From: an uncultured Acidobacteriota bacterium
GTDB lineage: Bacteria; Acidobacteriota; Vicinamibacteria; Vicinamibacterales; CAVVIG01
Length of the DNA: 64,000 nucleotides
NCBI GenBank assembly: GCA_963711505.1
Contig: CAVQEJ010000003.1
Span: 781,564 to 845,563 of the forward strand
Direction: 5' to 3'
The translations under genes and the position numbers were made by a program. Below the pieces are notes generated by a model that saw nothing but the letters and a program-made list of their open reading frames with translations, had not been told where the DNA came from and did not search any database. This document shows, piece after piece, positions 41,943 through 51,697 of this stretch (positions within the stretch are counted from its first letter, which is position 1; the number at the start of each line of letters is the position of its first letter).

Positions 41943-43415
41943 CTAGACCCCGTAGCGGACGCAGACGTTCTTCACCTGCGTGTAGCTGAGCAGTGCCTCG
42001 AGGCCCTTCTCGCGGCCGTAGCCGCTCTTCTTGTAGCCGCCGAACGGCAGCTCCACGCCGCCGCCCGCCCCGTAGGTGTTGATGTAGACCTGGCCGGTCT
42101 GCATCCGCCCGGCCAGCGTCAGGGCCTTGTTGATGTCGCGCGTCCAGATGCCGGCGACCAGGCCGTACTGGCTGCGGTTCGCGATGGCTGCCGCTTCCTC
42201 CACCTCGTCGAACGTGATGATGGACAGCACCGGCCCGAAGATTTCCTCCTGCGCGATCCGCATGTCGGGACCGACGCGGTCGATGACCGTCGGCTCGATG
42301 TAGAAGCCACCCTTCAGCCGCGCCTCGTCGGGGCGCCGGCCGCCGGCCACGATTTCCGCCCCTTCGTCCCTGCCGATCCCGATGTAGCGCTCGATCGTCT
42401 CGAGCTGCTTCTTCGAGATGATCGGCCCCAGATCGGGATCGTCGGGCCCCGGTCCGATGCGCATGGCGCGGGTGTGCGCCTTGAGGCGCTCGAGCATCGC
42501 GCCGTGCGCCTTGCGCTCCACCAGCAGGCGCGACCCGGCCGAGCAGGTCTGGCCGGCGTTCTGGAAGATGGCATTCGCCACGCCCTTGACGGCGGCATCC
42601 AGATCGGCGTCGGCGAAGACGATGTTCGGCGACTTCCCACCCAGCTCCATCACGACCGGCACGACGTTCTCGGCCGCCATCTTGGCGACGGCGATGCCGA
42701 CCTCGACCGAGCCGGTGAAGGTGAGCTGGTTGATGTCGGGATGGCTGGCCAGGGCGCGGCCGGCCACGGGGCCCAGGCCGGGAATGACGTTGAGCACGCC
42801 GGGCGGCACGCCGCAGTCGAGCGCGATCTCGCCGAGCCGCAGCGCCGTCATCGGCGCATCCTCGGCCGGCTTCAGCACCACGGCGCAGCCGGCGGCCATG
42901 GCGGCGGCGGCGGCGCGGCCGCCGATCTGGATCGGATAGTTCCACGGAATGATCTGCGCCGAGACGCCGATCGGTTCCCGCACCGTGTAGTCGAGCAGGC
43001 CGGGGCCGAGCGGAATCGTGTGGCCCATGATCTTGTCGGCGGCGCCCGCGTAGAACTCGAAATAGCGGGCGGCCACCTGCACGTCCGTGCGAGCCTGGCG
43101 GAGCGGCTTCCCGTTGTCCTGGCTCTCGAGGACGGCCAGTTCCTCGGCGCGGTCGCGGATCCGCTGCGCGATCCGGAAGAGGATGCGGCCGCGCTCGGCG
43201 GGCGCCATGCCGCCCCAGGCGGCCGACTCGAGCGCCGCGCGCGCACTGGCGACCGCGCGATCGACGTCGGCTTCCGTGGCCCTCGCCACCTGGGCGAGCC
43301 GTTCGCCGGTCGACGGGTTCAGGACGTCGATGACGCCTCCGTCGGAAGCGGCGCTGCGCGCGCCGTCGATGATGAGGCCTTCAACGGCCGTGGAAGTCGA
43401 AGCCGGGCCTGGCAT
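41943..43415 (-). CDS. NAD(P)+-dependent aldehyde dehydrogenase (intact)
   Basis: AGGAGG RBS before ATG 43415. Catalytic motifs VVMELGGKSPNIVF and FQNAGQTCSAGSRLLV. The track ORF extends upstream to 44180 as read-through. Confidence 0.9.
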   Translation of the reverse strand: MPGPASTSTAVEGLIIDGARSAASDGGVIDVLNPSTGERLAQVARATEADVDRAVASARAALESAAWGGMAPAERGRILFRIAQRIRDRAEELAVLESQDNGKPLRQARTDVQVAARYFEFYAGAADKIMGHTIPLGPGLLDYTVREPIGVSAQIIPWNYPIQIGGRAAAAAMAAGCAVVLKPAEDAPMTALRLGEIALDCGVPPGVLNVIPGLGPVAGRALASHPDINQLTFTGSVEVGIAVAKMAAENVVPVVMELGGKSPNIVFADADLDAAVKGVANAIFQNAGQTCSAGSRLLVERKAHGAMLERLKAHTRAMRIGPGPDDPDLGPIISKKQLETIERYIGIGRDEGAEIVAGGRRPDEARLKGGFYIEPTVIDRVGPDMRIAQEEIFGPVLSIITFDEVEEAAAIANRSQYGLVAGIWTRDINKALTLAGRMQTGQVYINTYGAGGGVELPFGGYKKSGYGREKGLEALLSYTQVKNVCVRYGV

Positions 43416-43757
43416 GTGGATACCTCCTGTCGGTCGGGGCTCTGCCCCGAGCCCCGGCTCACTGCACTCGCTCGCGCAACGGCTCGCTCCGTTCCGTTCG
43501 CGCCCTTCGACGAGCTCAGGGCGCCTCGAGCCTGCCGAGAGGCGGGCGCGCGGTGCGCGCCGCCGGGCATGGCCCGGCGCTGGAGTCGAGGCGGGACGGG
43601 AGGACGCGGGCCCTGTGCCCGGGTTCTCGCCGCCCGATCGGCTCATTCTATGCCGCCGCTGTTCGCGCGCGCAGGGGTGACGGTTTATTTTTTTCCGGAT
43701 CTGTCGTACCTTCGCGGCGGCGCGGCCGTACCGGCGCGCCCGCAGAACGGAGGCAGG

Positions 43758-44924
43758 GTGCCCACAGGCGAACGACACGCAGATCTGCGGAAGGCGGTGC
43801 GCGAGCTCTGCCGTTTGTATCCGGACACGTACTGGCGCGAGCTCGACGCGGAGCGGGCGTACCCCGAGGCGTTCGTCCGGACGCTCACCGAGGCCGGCTA
43901 TCTGGCGGCCCTCATTCCGGAAGAGTTCGGCGGATCGGGCCTCGGCGTCACCGAGGCGTCCATCATCCTGGAAGAGATCAACCGCTGCGGCGGCAACGCC
44001 GGCGCCTGCCATGCGCAGATGTACGTGATGGGGACGCTGCTGCGCCATGGCTCCGATGCCCAGAAGCAGCGCTACCTGCCGAAGATCGCCAAGCGGCGAG
44101 CTGCGGCTCCAGGCGTTCGGCGTCACCGAGCCGACCACCGGTTCCGACACCACGCAGCTCAAGACGATGGCCGTCCGCAAGGGCGATCGCTACATCGTCA
44201 ACGGCCAGAAGGTCTGGATCTCGCGTGCGGAACACTCGGACCTGCTGCTGCTGGTCGCCCGCACGACGCCGATCGAGCAGGTGAAGAAGCGGACCGAGGG
44301 GCTGTCGATCCTGCTCGTCGATCTGCGGCAGGCCGTGGGGCACGGCCTCACCATCCGGCCGATCCGGACGATGATGAACCACGCGACGACCGAGCTGTTC
44401 TTCGACGACCTCGAGGTGCCGGTGGAGAACCTGGTCGGCGAGGAGGGGCGCGGGTTCCGCTACCTGCTCGACGGCCTCAACGCCGAGCGGATCCTGATTG
44501 CGGCCGAGTGCATCGGCGACGGACGATGGTTCGTCGACCGCGCGACGAGATACGCGAAGGAGCGGGTCGTCTTCGGCCGCGCGATCGGCCAGAACCAGGG
44601 CATCCAGTTCCCGATCGCCCGGGCGCACGTGAACGTCGAGGCCGCCGACCTGATGCGGTTCCAGGCGGCCGACATGTTCGATCGCGGCGAGGCCTGCGGC
44701 GCCGAGGCGAACATGGCGAAGCTGCTCGCGGCCGACGCGTCGTGGGAGGCGGCCAACGTCGCCGTGCAGACCTACGGGGGCTTCGGCTTCGCCGAGGAGT
44801 ACGACATCGAGCGGAAGTTCCGGGAGACGCGGCTCTACCAGGTGGCCCCGATCTCCACCAATCTCATCCTGACCTTCGTCGCCGAGCACGTGCTCGGGCT
44901 GCCGCTAGGTCGTGGAATGACTGA
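43758..44924 (+). CDS. Acyl-CoA dehydrogenase; 2 frameshifts (~44091, ~44900)
   Basis: GGAGG lies before GTG 43758. YPEAFVRTLTEAGYLAALIPEEFGG..., then SGELRLQAFGVTEPTTGSD...VNGQKVWISRA...YGGFGFAEEYDIERKFRETRLYQVAPISTN. The expected ending GLPRSWND* is restored in the first frame. Confidence 0.8.
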   Translation: MPTGERHADLRKAVRELCRLYPDTYWRELDAERAYPEAFVRTLTEAGYLAALIPEEFGGSGLGVTEASIILEEINRCGGNAGACHAQMYVMGTLLRHGSDAQKQRYLPKIAKRRAAAPGVRRHRADHRFRHHAAQDDGRPQGRSLHRQRPEGLDLACGTLGPAAAGRPHDADRAGEEADRGAVDPARRSAAGRGARPHHPADPDDDEPRDDRAVLRRPRGAGGEPGRRGGARVPLPARRPQRRADPDCGRVHRRRTMVRRPRDEIREGAGRLRPRDRPEPGHPVPDRPGARERRGRRPDAVPGGRHVRSRRGLRRRGEHGEAARGRRVVGGGQRRRADLRGLRLRRGVRHRAEVPGDAALPGGPDLHQSHPDLRRRARARAAARSWND

Positions 44925-46253
44925 CGACGTCTCCGTTTCTTCCATGCTCCCTACTCTCCGGCCTCACCGTCGTCTCGCTCGAGCAGGCGGTGGCCGCGCC
45001 GTTCGCCACGCGGCAGCTCGCCGATCTGGGGGCGCGGGTCATCAAGATCGAGCGGCCCGGAGTCGGCGATTTCGCCCGCGGCTACGACACGACGGTGAAG
45101 GGGCTGGCGAGCCACTTCGTCTGGCTGAACCGATCGAAGCAGTCGCTGACGCTCGACATCAAGCAGCCCGAGGGGCGCGAGGCGCTGGCGCGGCTGCTGG
45201 CGCGGGCCGACGTGTTCGTGCAGAACCTGGCGCCGGGAGCGTCGGCGCGCCTGGGGCTCGACGCCGGCACGCTGCGCGCCCGCCATCCGCGGCTCATCGT
45301 CGGCGACCTGTCGGGATACGGCTCGACCGGTCCGTACCGGGACAAGAAGGCCTACGACCTGCTGATTCAGAGCGAAGTCGGACTGGTGTCGATCACGGGC
45401 ACGCCCGAGACGCCGTCGAAGGTCGGAATCTCGGTCGCCGACATCGCGGCGGGGATGTACCCTCTATTCGGGCATCCTGAGCGCGCTGCTCGTCCGCGAG
45501 CGGACGGGGGAGGGAACCGCGCTGGAGGTGTCGCTGTTCGAGGCCCTGGGCGAGTGGATGAGCTACCCGGTCTACTACGCCTCCGGGGGCGGAGCCGCCC
45601 CGGCCCGAACGGGGGCGAGCCACGCCGCCATCGCCCCGTATGGACCGTTTCCCGCGGCTGACGGGTCGGTCTACCTCGGCGTGCAGAACGAGCGCGAGTG
45701 GCGCCGGTTCTGCGAGCAGGTGCTCGGCCAGCCGGCGCTCGCCTCCGATCCGCGGTTCGACTCGAACTCCCGGCGCGTCGAGCACCGGGCGGCGCTGCAC
45801 GCCGAGATCGAGCGGGTGTTCGGCGGGCTGTCGAGCGCCGATGTCGTGGCGCGGCTCGACGCGGCCGGCATCGCGTACGCACGGATGAACAGCGTCAGCG
45901 AGTTCGCGGCGCATCCGCAGCTGGCGGCACGCGACCGCTGGCGGACGATCGGATCGCCCGCGGGCCCGCTGCCCGCCCTGCGTCCACCGGTGACGGTCGA
46001 GGGGGAAGAGCCGGTGATGGGCCCCGTGCCGGCGCTCGGCGAGCACACCGACGCGCTGCTCGCCGAAATCGGTTTCGACGCCGCCACGATCGCCGAGTGG
46101 CGGACGCGAGAGGGGATCGTGCGAGAGGATCGACGGGGCATTGAGAATCGAAGCATTGCAGAGATTGGGAAACGACGCGAGACGCGTGGACGTGGTGACG
46201 CATCGCAGGAATCGGCGCGTGGCACGTCGCACGCATGGCACATCGCGACGTGA
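44917..46253 (+). CDS. Family III CoA-transferase (CaiB/BaiF/Frc-like); 2 frameshifts (~44948, ~45462); 3' tail doubtful
   Basis: LLSGLTVVSLEQAVAAPFATRQLADLGARVIKIERPGVGDFARGYD...NRSKQSLTLD...SGILSALLVRERTGEGTALEVSLFEA...LGEHTDALL. The last ~45 codons (46110-46253) are lower in GC and Arg-rich, so they may be read-through. Confidence 0.75.
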
Positions 46254-46272
46254 TGAGCGTAAGGAGATCCCC

Positions 46273-46785
46273 ATGACCGTCAAGCAGGGCTGGACCGGCC
46301 GCGTGTACGAGGACTTCGAAGTGGGCGACATCTATCCGCATCCGCTCGGACGGACGGTGCTGGCCGCCGACAACATGTGGTTCACGATGATGACGCTCAA
46401 CACGAACCCCATCCACTTCGATCATCACTATGCCGCGAAGACCGAGTTCGGCCGACCGCTGGTGAACTCCACGTTCACCCTGGCCCTGGTCACCGGGCAG
46501 TCGGTCACCGACCTGTCGCAGAACGTGATGGCGAACCTGGGCTGGGACGAAGTGCGCCTGCCGCACCCGGTCTTCGAGGGCGATACGATCTACGCGCGCA
46601 GCGAGGTGCTCGAGAAGCGGGAGTCGAAGTCGCGGCCGAACGTCGGCATCGTGCGGGTGAAGACGAGCGGCATCAACCAGGACGGCGCGGTCGTCATCGA
46701 GTTCAAGCGGACGTTCATGGTCTATAAGCGGGGGCACGTCCCGCAGACGGTGCAGCAGACCGGCCCGTCGCCAGCACAGCCGTGA
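46273..46785 (+). CDS. MaoC-like (R)-specific enoyl-CoA hydratase / dehydratase (hot-dog fold), intact
   Basis: AAGGAG RBS. ...NMWFTMMTLNTNPIHFDHHYAAKTEFGRPLVNSTFTLALVTG... is typical of itaconyl-/mesaconyl-CoA hydratase-like MaoC proteins. Confidence 0.8.
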   Translation: MTVKQGWTGRVYEDFEVGDIYPHPLGRTVLAADNMWFTMMTLNTNPIHFDHHYAAKTEFGRPLVNSTFTLALVTGQSVTDLSQNVMANLGWDEVRLPHPVFEGDTIYARSEVLEKRESKSRPNVGIVRVKTSGINQDGAVVIEFKRTFMVYKRGHVPQTVQQTGPSPAQP

Positions 46786-48118
46786 GCGTCCGGACGTCCT
46801 CGAGGCGCTCGAAGGTCCGCAGCGCCTCGAGCGCGCGGGACGCCGCGTCGGCGGGGACGGCCCGCCGGGCGCACGCCAGGAACTTGCCTTCCAGCTCTTC
46901 ACGACTCGCCGGCCGCGCGGGGTAGCCGCGCGCGCCGTCGGCCCGCTGCACGAGCTGGCGCCCGTCGCGCGAGCCGCACGGTGACGATCGCCTGCGTCAG
47001 CGACGGCGCGTTCCGGCCCAGCTCCGGGTCCACCCGCATCGTTACCGCCGGCAGCAGCTGCTGCAGGCGCGGATCGGTCAGCCGGTGCTCCTCGAAGGTG
47101 TCGATGGTCACGCGGCCGTCGGCCACGGCGGCGGCCGCGCAGAACGGCATGCTGAACTTCGCCTCCAGCCCCGTGCGGGGACGGTCGTAAATCAGCACCG
47201 TCGGCGTGACGGCGTCGACCGCCACGTCAACGGCGGCGACGGTCTCGACGCCGAAGCCGTGGCGTGTGCGCAGATCGAGCAGGGCATCGAGCGCCGGATG
47301 CGTGCCGGCGCACGACGGGTACAGCTTCACCGTGATTCCCGTCTCGAGAATCTCCCACCGGGTGCCGAGTCGTTCGACGTCGTCGCCGAGCTCGCGGTGC
47401 GTACCGTCCATGGCGGCGAGCAGGCCCTGCGGTCCTTCGATCGCGAGCGCGGAAGCCGTGAGGCCCGCGCGGGCGAGCAGCGCCGCCAGCACGCCGTTGC
47501 GAGCCGCCAGCCCGGCATGCAGCGGCTTGGTCATCGTGCCGAAGTTCTCCTTCAGGCCGGAGGCCTCGGAAGCGGCGATGGCGAGTGCGCGCGCCGTCGT
47601 GGCCGCGTCGAGTCCGAGGATGCGCGAGACGCACGCGGCGGCCCCGAGCGTGCCGAGGGTCGACGTGCAGTGCCAGCCGCGCTGGTAGTGTGACGGGTTC
47701 AGCGCGCGGCCCAGCACCGCCTCGATCTCGAAGCCGACGACGTAGCCGTCGAGCAGGCGGCGGGCTGGCGCGCCGGCCAGCTCGCCGGCAGCCAGCGCGG
47801 CCGCCACCAGCGGCGCGCTCGGGTGGGCGAGCGAGACGAAGCACATGTCGTCGTAGTCGAGCGCATGGGCGGCCGTGCCGTTGGCGAGTGCGGCCATCGT
47901 GGCGCTGGTCCGCTGCGCCGTGCCGAGGATCGTGGCGGCCGGCGTGCCGCCTTCGGCTTCGGTCACCTGCTGGACGGCGCGGCCGGCCGGCTCGGCCGAG
48001 CCCGCCAGCGTGACACCAATCGTGTCGAGGAAGGCGCGGGCCGCGGCTGTGGCCGCCGCGTCGGGCACCTGGGCGCCGGCGGTGAAGGTGGCGAGGCGTC
48101 CGGCAGCGTCGTCGTCAT
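46715..48118 (-). CDS. MmgE/PrpD family protein (2-methylcitrate dehydratase-like); 2 frameshifts (~48100, ~46968)
   Basis: ATG 48118 (MTTTL..) must shift to reach ...RLATFTAGAQVPDAAATAAARAFLDTIGV. Core motifs: HALDYDD, HPSAPLVAAALA, WHCTSTLGTLGAAA. The C-terminal part lies in ORF 46715..46951. The 3' end overlaps the convergent MaoC gene by ~70 nt, so the true stop may differ. Confidence 0.75.
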
Positions 48119-48125
48119 GGCGGCG

Positions 48126-48981
48126 TTACTCTCCGAGGATGGCGCGGGCGCGTTGCACCGTGGGCGTGTCGATCATCCGTCCGTCGATCTGCGCCGTGCC
48201 GCGGCCCGAGCGGGCCGCGGCGTCGTAGGCGTCGATCACGCGCTGGGCCCACGCCCGCGCCTCCGGGCTGGCGCTCAGCACCTCGTGAATGGGCGCGATC
48301 TGGGCCGGATGAATGGCGAGCTTCGCGCGGAAGCCGAAGCGACGGGCGCGCCGCGTATCCTCCCGTACGCGCTCGGGATCGCGGAACTCGAACGTCGGAC
48401 AGTCGATGGCATCGAGCCCCGCCGCCGCGGCGGCTGTCGTGACCGTGGCCCGCGCGTAGTCGAGCAGCGGAGAGTCGTCGGCGATCTCGGACGAGTCGAC
48501 GCCCATCGCCGCGCGATAGTCCTCGGCGCCGAAGGCGAGCGCCGACAGCCGCGGATGCCGCGTGAAGGCCACGCGTGAGGCCTCGAGGATGCCGCGCGGC
48601 GTCTCCAGCAGCGCGACGATGGCCGGATGGTGACCCTGCGGGTCGGCCGGCCGGGCCGCCAGCCAGTCGGCGACGCGCGCCAGGTCGGCCGGGCTCTCGA
48701 CTTTCGGGACGACGAGCCCGGCCAGCGGCAGACGACTCGCGAGGTGGAGGTCGGCCTCCTGCAGCCCGGGCTCGGCATTGAGCCGGACGATAGACGCGCG
48801 CGGCGGGTGCGGCGAACACGCCCATGGTCGCCGCGATGGTCTCGCGCGCGGCTGCCTTTTCGGCGGGCGGCACCGCATCCTCGAGGTCGAGGATGATCAG
48901 GTCGGCGTCCGACCGCTCCGCGTGTGCGTACATCGTCGGACGGTTCGCCGGCACGAAGAGGTAACTTCGTCGAAGCATCAC
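48126..48981 (-). CDS. HpcH/HpaI aldolase / citrate lyase beta-subunit-like (CitE; citramalyl-/malyl-CoA lyase-like); frameshift ~48800
   Basis: MLRRSYLFVPANRP...DADLIILDLEDAV, then frame of ORF 48126..48878 (VRLNAEPGLQEADL...GLVVPKVES...ALLETPRGIL...ALAFGAEDY...KLAIHPAQI). Confidence 0.8.
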
Positions 48982-48985
48982 TCGT

Positions 48986-49570
48986 TCAGGCCGGTCCGCC
49001 GCCGGTTGCGTCGGCCGTGCCGATGGCCGTCATGAACCGGTGCTTGACGAACACGCAGTCGAGCGGCGGCTTCGCCACCGGCGCCGACTCCTCGACCGTG
49101 ACGACGATGACGTGCGGCCCCGGCACTCGCCGGCTCGTGTCCATGGCGGCCGCCAAATCCGCTTCGGTCGCCACGGTCATGGCCGACGCGATGCCGGCCG
49201 CGCGCGCGACCGCCGCCAGGTCGGTGCCATGCGCCGTGGCCGTCGCCTGGCCGCCCGTCGTCCCGTACTGGCGGTTGTCCCAGACGACGATCGTGAGGTT
49301 CCGCGGGGCTTCGCTCGCAATCGTCGCCAGCAATCCGAGGTTCATCAGCAGCGAGCCGTCGCCATCCAGCACGACGACCCGTCGATCGGGCTGCGACGTG
49401 GCGAGGCCGAGGCCGATCGACGACGCGACTCCCATGCTGCCCCACGTGTAGAAGTTCTCCGGCCGGTCGCCGGCGGCGTACAGATCGTAGGCGGGATGAC
49501 CGAGGCTGGCGACGACGGCTTCGTCGGTGAGGTCGGCGACGAGCCGGCGGGTCGCCGCGAGGCGATTCAT
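48986..49570 (-). CDS. TPP-dependent decarboxylase beta subunit (sulfopyruvate/phosphonopyruvate decarboxylase ComE-like, TPP-binding C-terminal domain)
   Basis: Start ATG 49570 (ATGA overlap with the alpha-subunit stop). FYTWGSMGVASSIGLGLATSQPDRRVVVLDGDGSLLMNLG...NLTIVVWDNRQYGTTGGQ carries the TPP motif GDGS...N. Confidence 0.75.
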   Translation of the reverse strand: MNRLAATRRLVADLTDEAVVASLGHPAYDLYAAGDRPENFYTWGSMGVASSIGLGLATSQPDRRVVVLDGDGSLLMNLGLLATIASEAPRNLTIVVWDNRQYGTTGGQATATAHGTDLAAVARAAGIASAMTVATEADLAAAMDTSRRVPGPHVIVVTVEESAPVAKPPLDCVFVKHRFMTAIGTADATGGGPA

Positions 49571-50136
49571 CGGGCCTCCAGTGCCGCCGGCGGCGGCGTC
49601 GTGAGGCGGCGCGGCAGCAGGCAGGCGGCCGGCACGCGGGCGCCGAAGGCCAGCGCGGCGGTGGCGACGATCGTGCGCTCCGCCTCGTCGGGGCGATCGA
49701 TCGTGAGATGCTGAATGCCGAGGGCATCGAGCGCCGGTCGGACGAGACGGCCCATCGGCACCTGCGCCCAGTTCCACTCGCCGGCGTCCCCGCGCATGCT
49801 GATGATGATGAGCACCGGCATCTGGTACGGCACGAGCAGCGTGCCCAGGGCGTTCAGTGAATTGCCGAGCCCGCTCGACTGCAGCAGCACCGTCGGCCGC
49901 CGTCCGCCGAGATACAGGCCGGCCGCGATGCCGAAGGCCTCCTCCTCGCGCGTGGCGACCATCGTGCGGATGTCGGGATGACGCACGGCAAGCGTGCGCA
50001 GCACGTGGGACATCGGGTTGTCCGGCACGTACACGATGTCGCGGCTGCCGGCGGCGTGAATGCCGGCGGCGACGCCCTCGGCCCACGCGGGCGTCCGGGG
50101 CGCGGCGGCGGCTGGAACGGCCTCTGGTTGGCGCAT
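49567..50136 (-). CDS. TPP-dependent decarboxylase alpha subunit (ComD-like, pyrimidine-binding N-terminal domain)
   Basis: Start ATG 50136. IVYVPDNPMSHVL...MVATREEEAFGIAAGLYLGGRRPTVLLQSSGLGNSLNALGTLLVPYQMPVLIIISMRG. Confidence 0.75.
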   Translation of the reverse strand: MRQPEAVPAAAAPRTPAWAEGVAAGIHAAGSRDIVYVPDNPMSHVLRTLAVRHPDIRTMVATREEEAFGIAAGLYLGGRRPTVLLQSSGLGNSLNALGTLLVPYQMPVLIIISMRGDAGEWNWAQVPMGRLVRPALDALGIQHLTIDRPDEAERTIVATAALAFGARVPAACLLPRRLTTPPPAALEAR

Positions 50137-50364
50137 GATGTCGACGGGGCTCCTCGCGGCGCACGGCACGCGCGCCGCGCCGGCGGTCGAACGGACGATG
50201 GAGCGGAGTCGCCGCCGGGCGTGCTTACTGTACTGCGGGCATTCGACGCGATGCAATGCGCTGCAGTGAAACCCTGCACCCCGGCGATCGGCGTGTGCCG
50301 CGCGGTCGGGCGTTCGCCGCGCCTGGTCAGCTGCTTGGCGGCAGAGATTGGCGCCCGCAGGTGC

Positions 50365-50380
50365 TGGCACCGCCCTTGCT
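50365..50380 (+). promoter_or_regulatory. Candidate sigma54 (-24/-12) promoter TGGCAC-N5-TTGCT
   Basis: tggcaccgcccttgct is an exact match to the TGGCAC-N5-TTGC core. About 190 nt upstream of the MDR dehydrogenase start at 50570, on the same strand. Confidence 0.5.
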
Positions 50381-50569
50381 CCCTTCATTCGCTGATGGAG
50401 CGGGTGGCCGGGAACGGGCGCGGAGGGCCGGCTCCCGTGATCGCGGTGTGAGGCCCGAGCACCCGCGGGCTGTTCCCGGACAGGACCCGCACCTGCACTC
50501 CGGCCGGCCTGCGCGCCGGCGAATGGAGCGGACGACAGCACCGGCAGCTGCCGGCAGAAGGGAAGGGCC

Positions 50570-51697
50570 GTGAAGGCGCTCGCGATTGAACCCGGCACCA
50601 CGACGCTGCATCTCGTCGATCGTCCCGAACCGCAGATCGGCGCACCCGACGAGGTGAAGCTCGCCGTCATCCGCGTCGGCATCTGCGGCACCGATCGCGA
50701 GGAGGCCCGCGGCGGACGGGCGAAGGCGCCCGACGGGGCGAAGGATCTCGTCGTCGGTCACGAGATGATCGGCCGCGTGGTCGCGGTCGGGAAGGACGTG
50801 ACGCGGGTGAAGCCGGGCGACTGCGCCGTCTTCACCGTGCGCCGTGGCTGCGGCCGATGCGTGCCGTGCGGCATGAACCGATCGGACATGTGCCGGACGG
50901 GCGGGTACTGCGAGCGCGGCATCTGGGGCCTGGACGGCTATCAGGCGGAATTCGCCGTGGACCGGGAGCAGTACGTCGTGCGCGTGCCGCCGGCGCTGGA
51001 GCCGATCGGCGTGCTGACCGAACCGCTGTCGGTGGCCGTCAAGGCGATCGACGAGGCCGTGCGGCTGCAGACGGGCCGGCTGCCCGACGCCTCGGTGAGC
51101 CCGAACTGGCTGTACCGGCGCCGCTGCCTGGTGGCGGGCCTCGGCCCGGTCGGGCTGCTGGCCGCGATGGCCCTGCGGCTGCGGGGGGCCGAGGTGCTCG
51201 GCCTCGACGTCGTCGACGCCGACACGGCACGCCCGCGCTGGCTGACCGGCATCGGCGGGCAGTACGTCGACGGCCGGCAGGTGCCGGCCGACAAGGTCGA
51301 CGATCACTTCGGCGCGGTCGACCTCATCGTGGAGGCGGCCGGCATCGCGAAGCTGGAGTTCAATCTGCTCGACGCGCTCGGCGTGAACGGCGCCTATGCG
51401 CTGACCGGCATTCCGGGGGACGATCGGCCGCTGCAGATTCCGGGCGCCGAGCTGGTTCGCCAGCTCGTCCTCGACAACCAGGTGATGGTGGGCAGCGTGA
51501 ACGCGGCCCGCGGACACTTCGAGCAGGCCGTCGAGACCCTGGAGCACGCGCACCAGCAGTGGGGCGACCACGTGGCGGCGCTCATCACGAACCGGCACCG
51601 GTTCGACGACATCGGCGCGGCCCTGGCGCGCCACGGGCAGGACGAGATCAAGGTCGTCGTCGAATGGGACGGCGGAGGAGACGCGGCACGTGGCTGA
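50570..51697 (+). CDS. Zn-dependent medium-chain dehydrogenase/reductase, glucose-1-dehydrogenase-like
   Basis: GICGTDRE...VVGHEMIGRVVAVG...structural-Zn Cys cluster RRGCGRCVPCGMNRSDMC...VAGLGPVGLL. Intact, GTG start. Confidence 0.75.
   Translation: MKALAIEPGTTTLHLVDRPEPQIGAPDEVKLAVIRVGICGTDREEARGGRAKAPDGAKDLVVGHEMIGRVVAVGKDVTRVKPGDCAVFTVRRGCGRCVPCGMNRSDMCRTGGYCERGIWGLDGYQAEFAVDREQYVVRVPPALEPIGVLTEPLSVAVKAIDEAVRLQTGRLPDASVSPNWLYRRRCLVAGLGPVGLLAAMALRLRGAEVLGLDVVDADTARPRWLTGIGGQYVDGRQVPADKVDDHFGAVDLIVEAAGIAKLEFNLLDALGVNGAYALTGIPGDDRPLQIPGAELVRQLVLDNQVMVGSVNAARGHFEQAVETLEHAHQQWGDHVAALITNRHRFDDIGAALARHGQDEIKVVVEWDGGGDAARG

Noticed and set aside
43431-43560. Intergenic motif ...cactcgctcgcgcaacggctcgctccgttcc...cttcgacgagctcagggcgcctcgag resembling dispersed repeats seen in soil-bacterial genomes
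   Set aside because: Only one copy is present in this window and it forms no clear hairpin. I cannot support calling it a repeat family without a genome-wide search.
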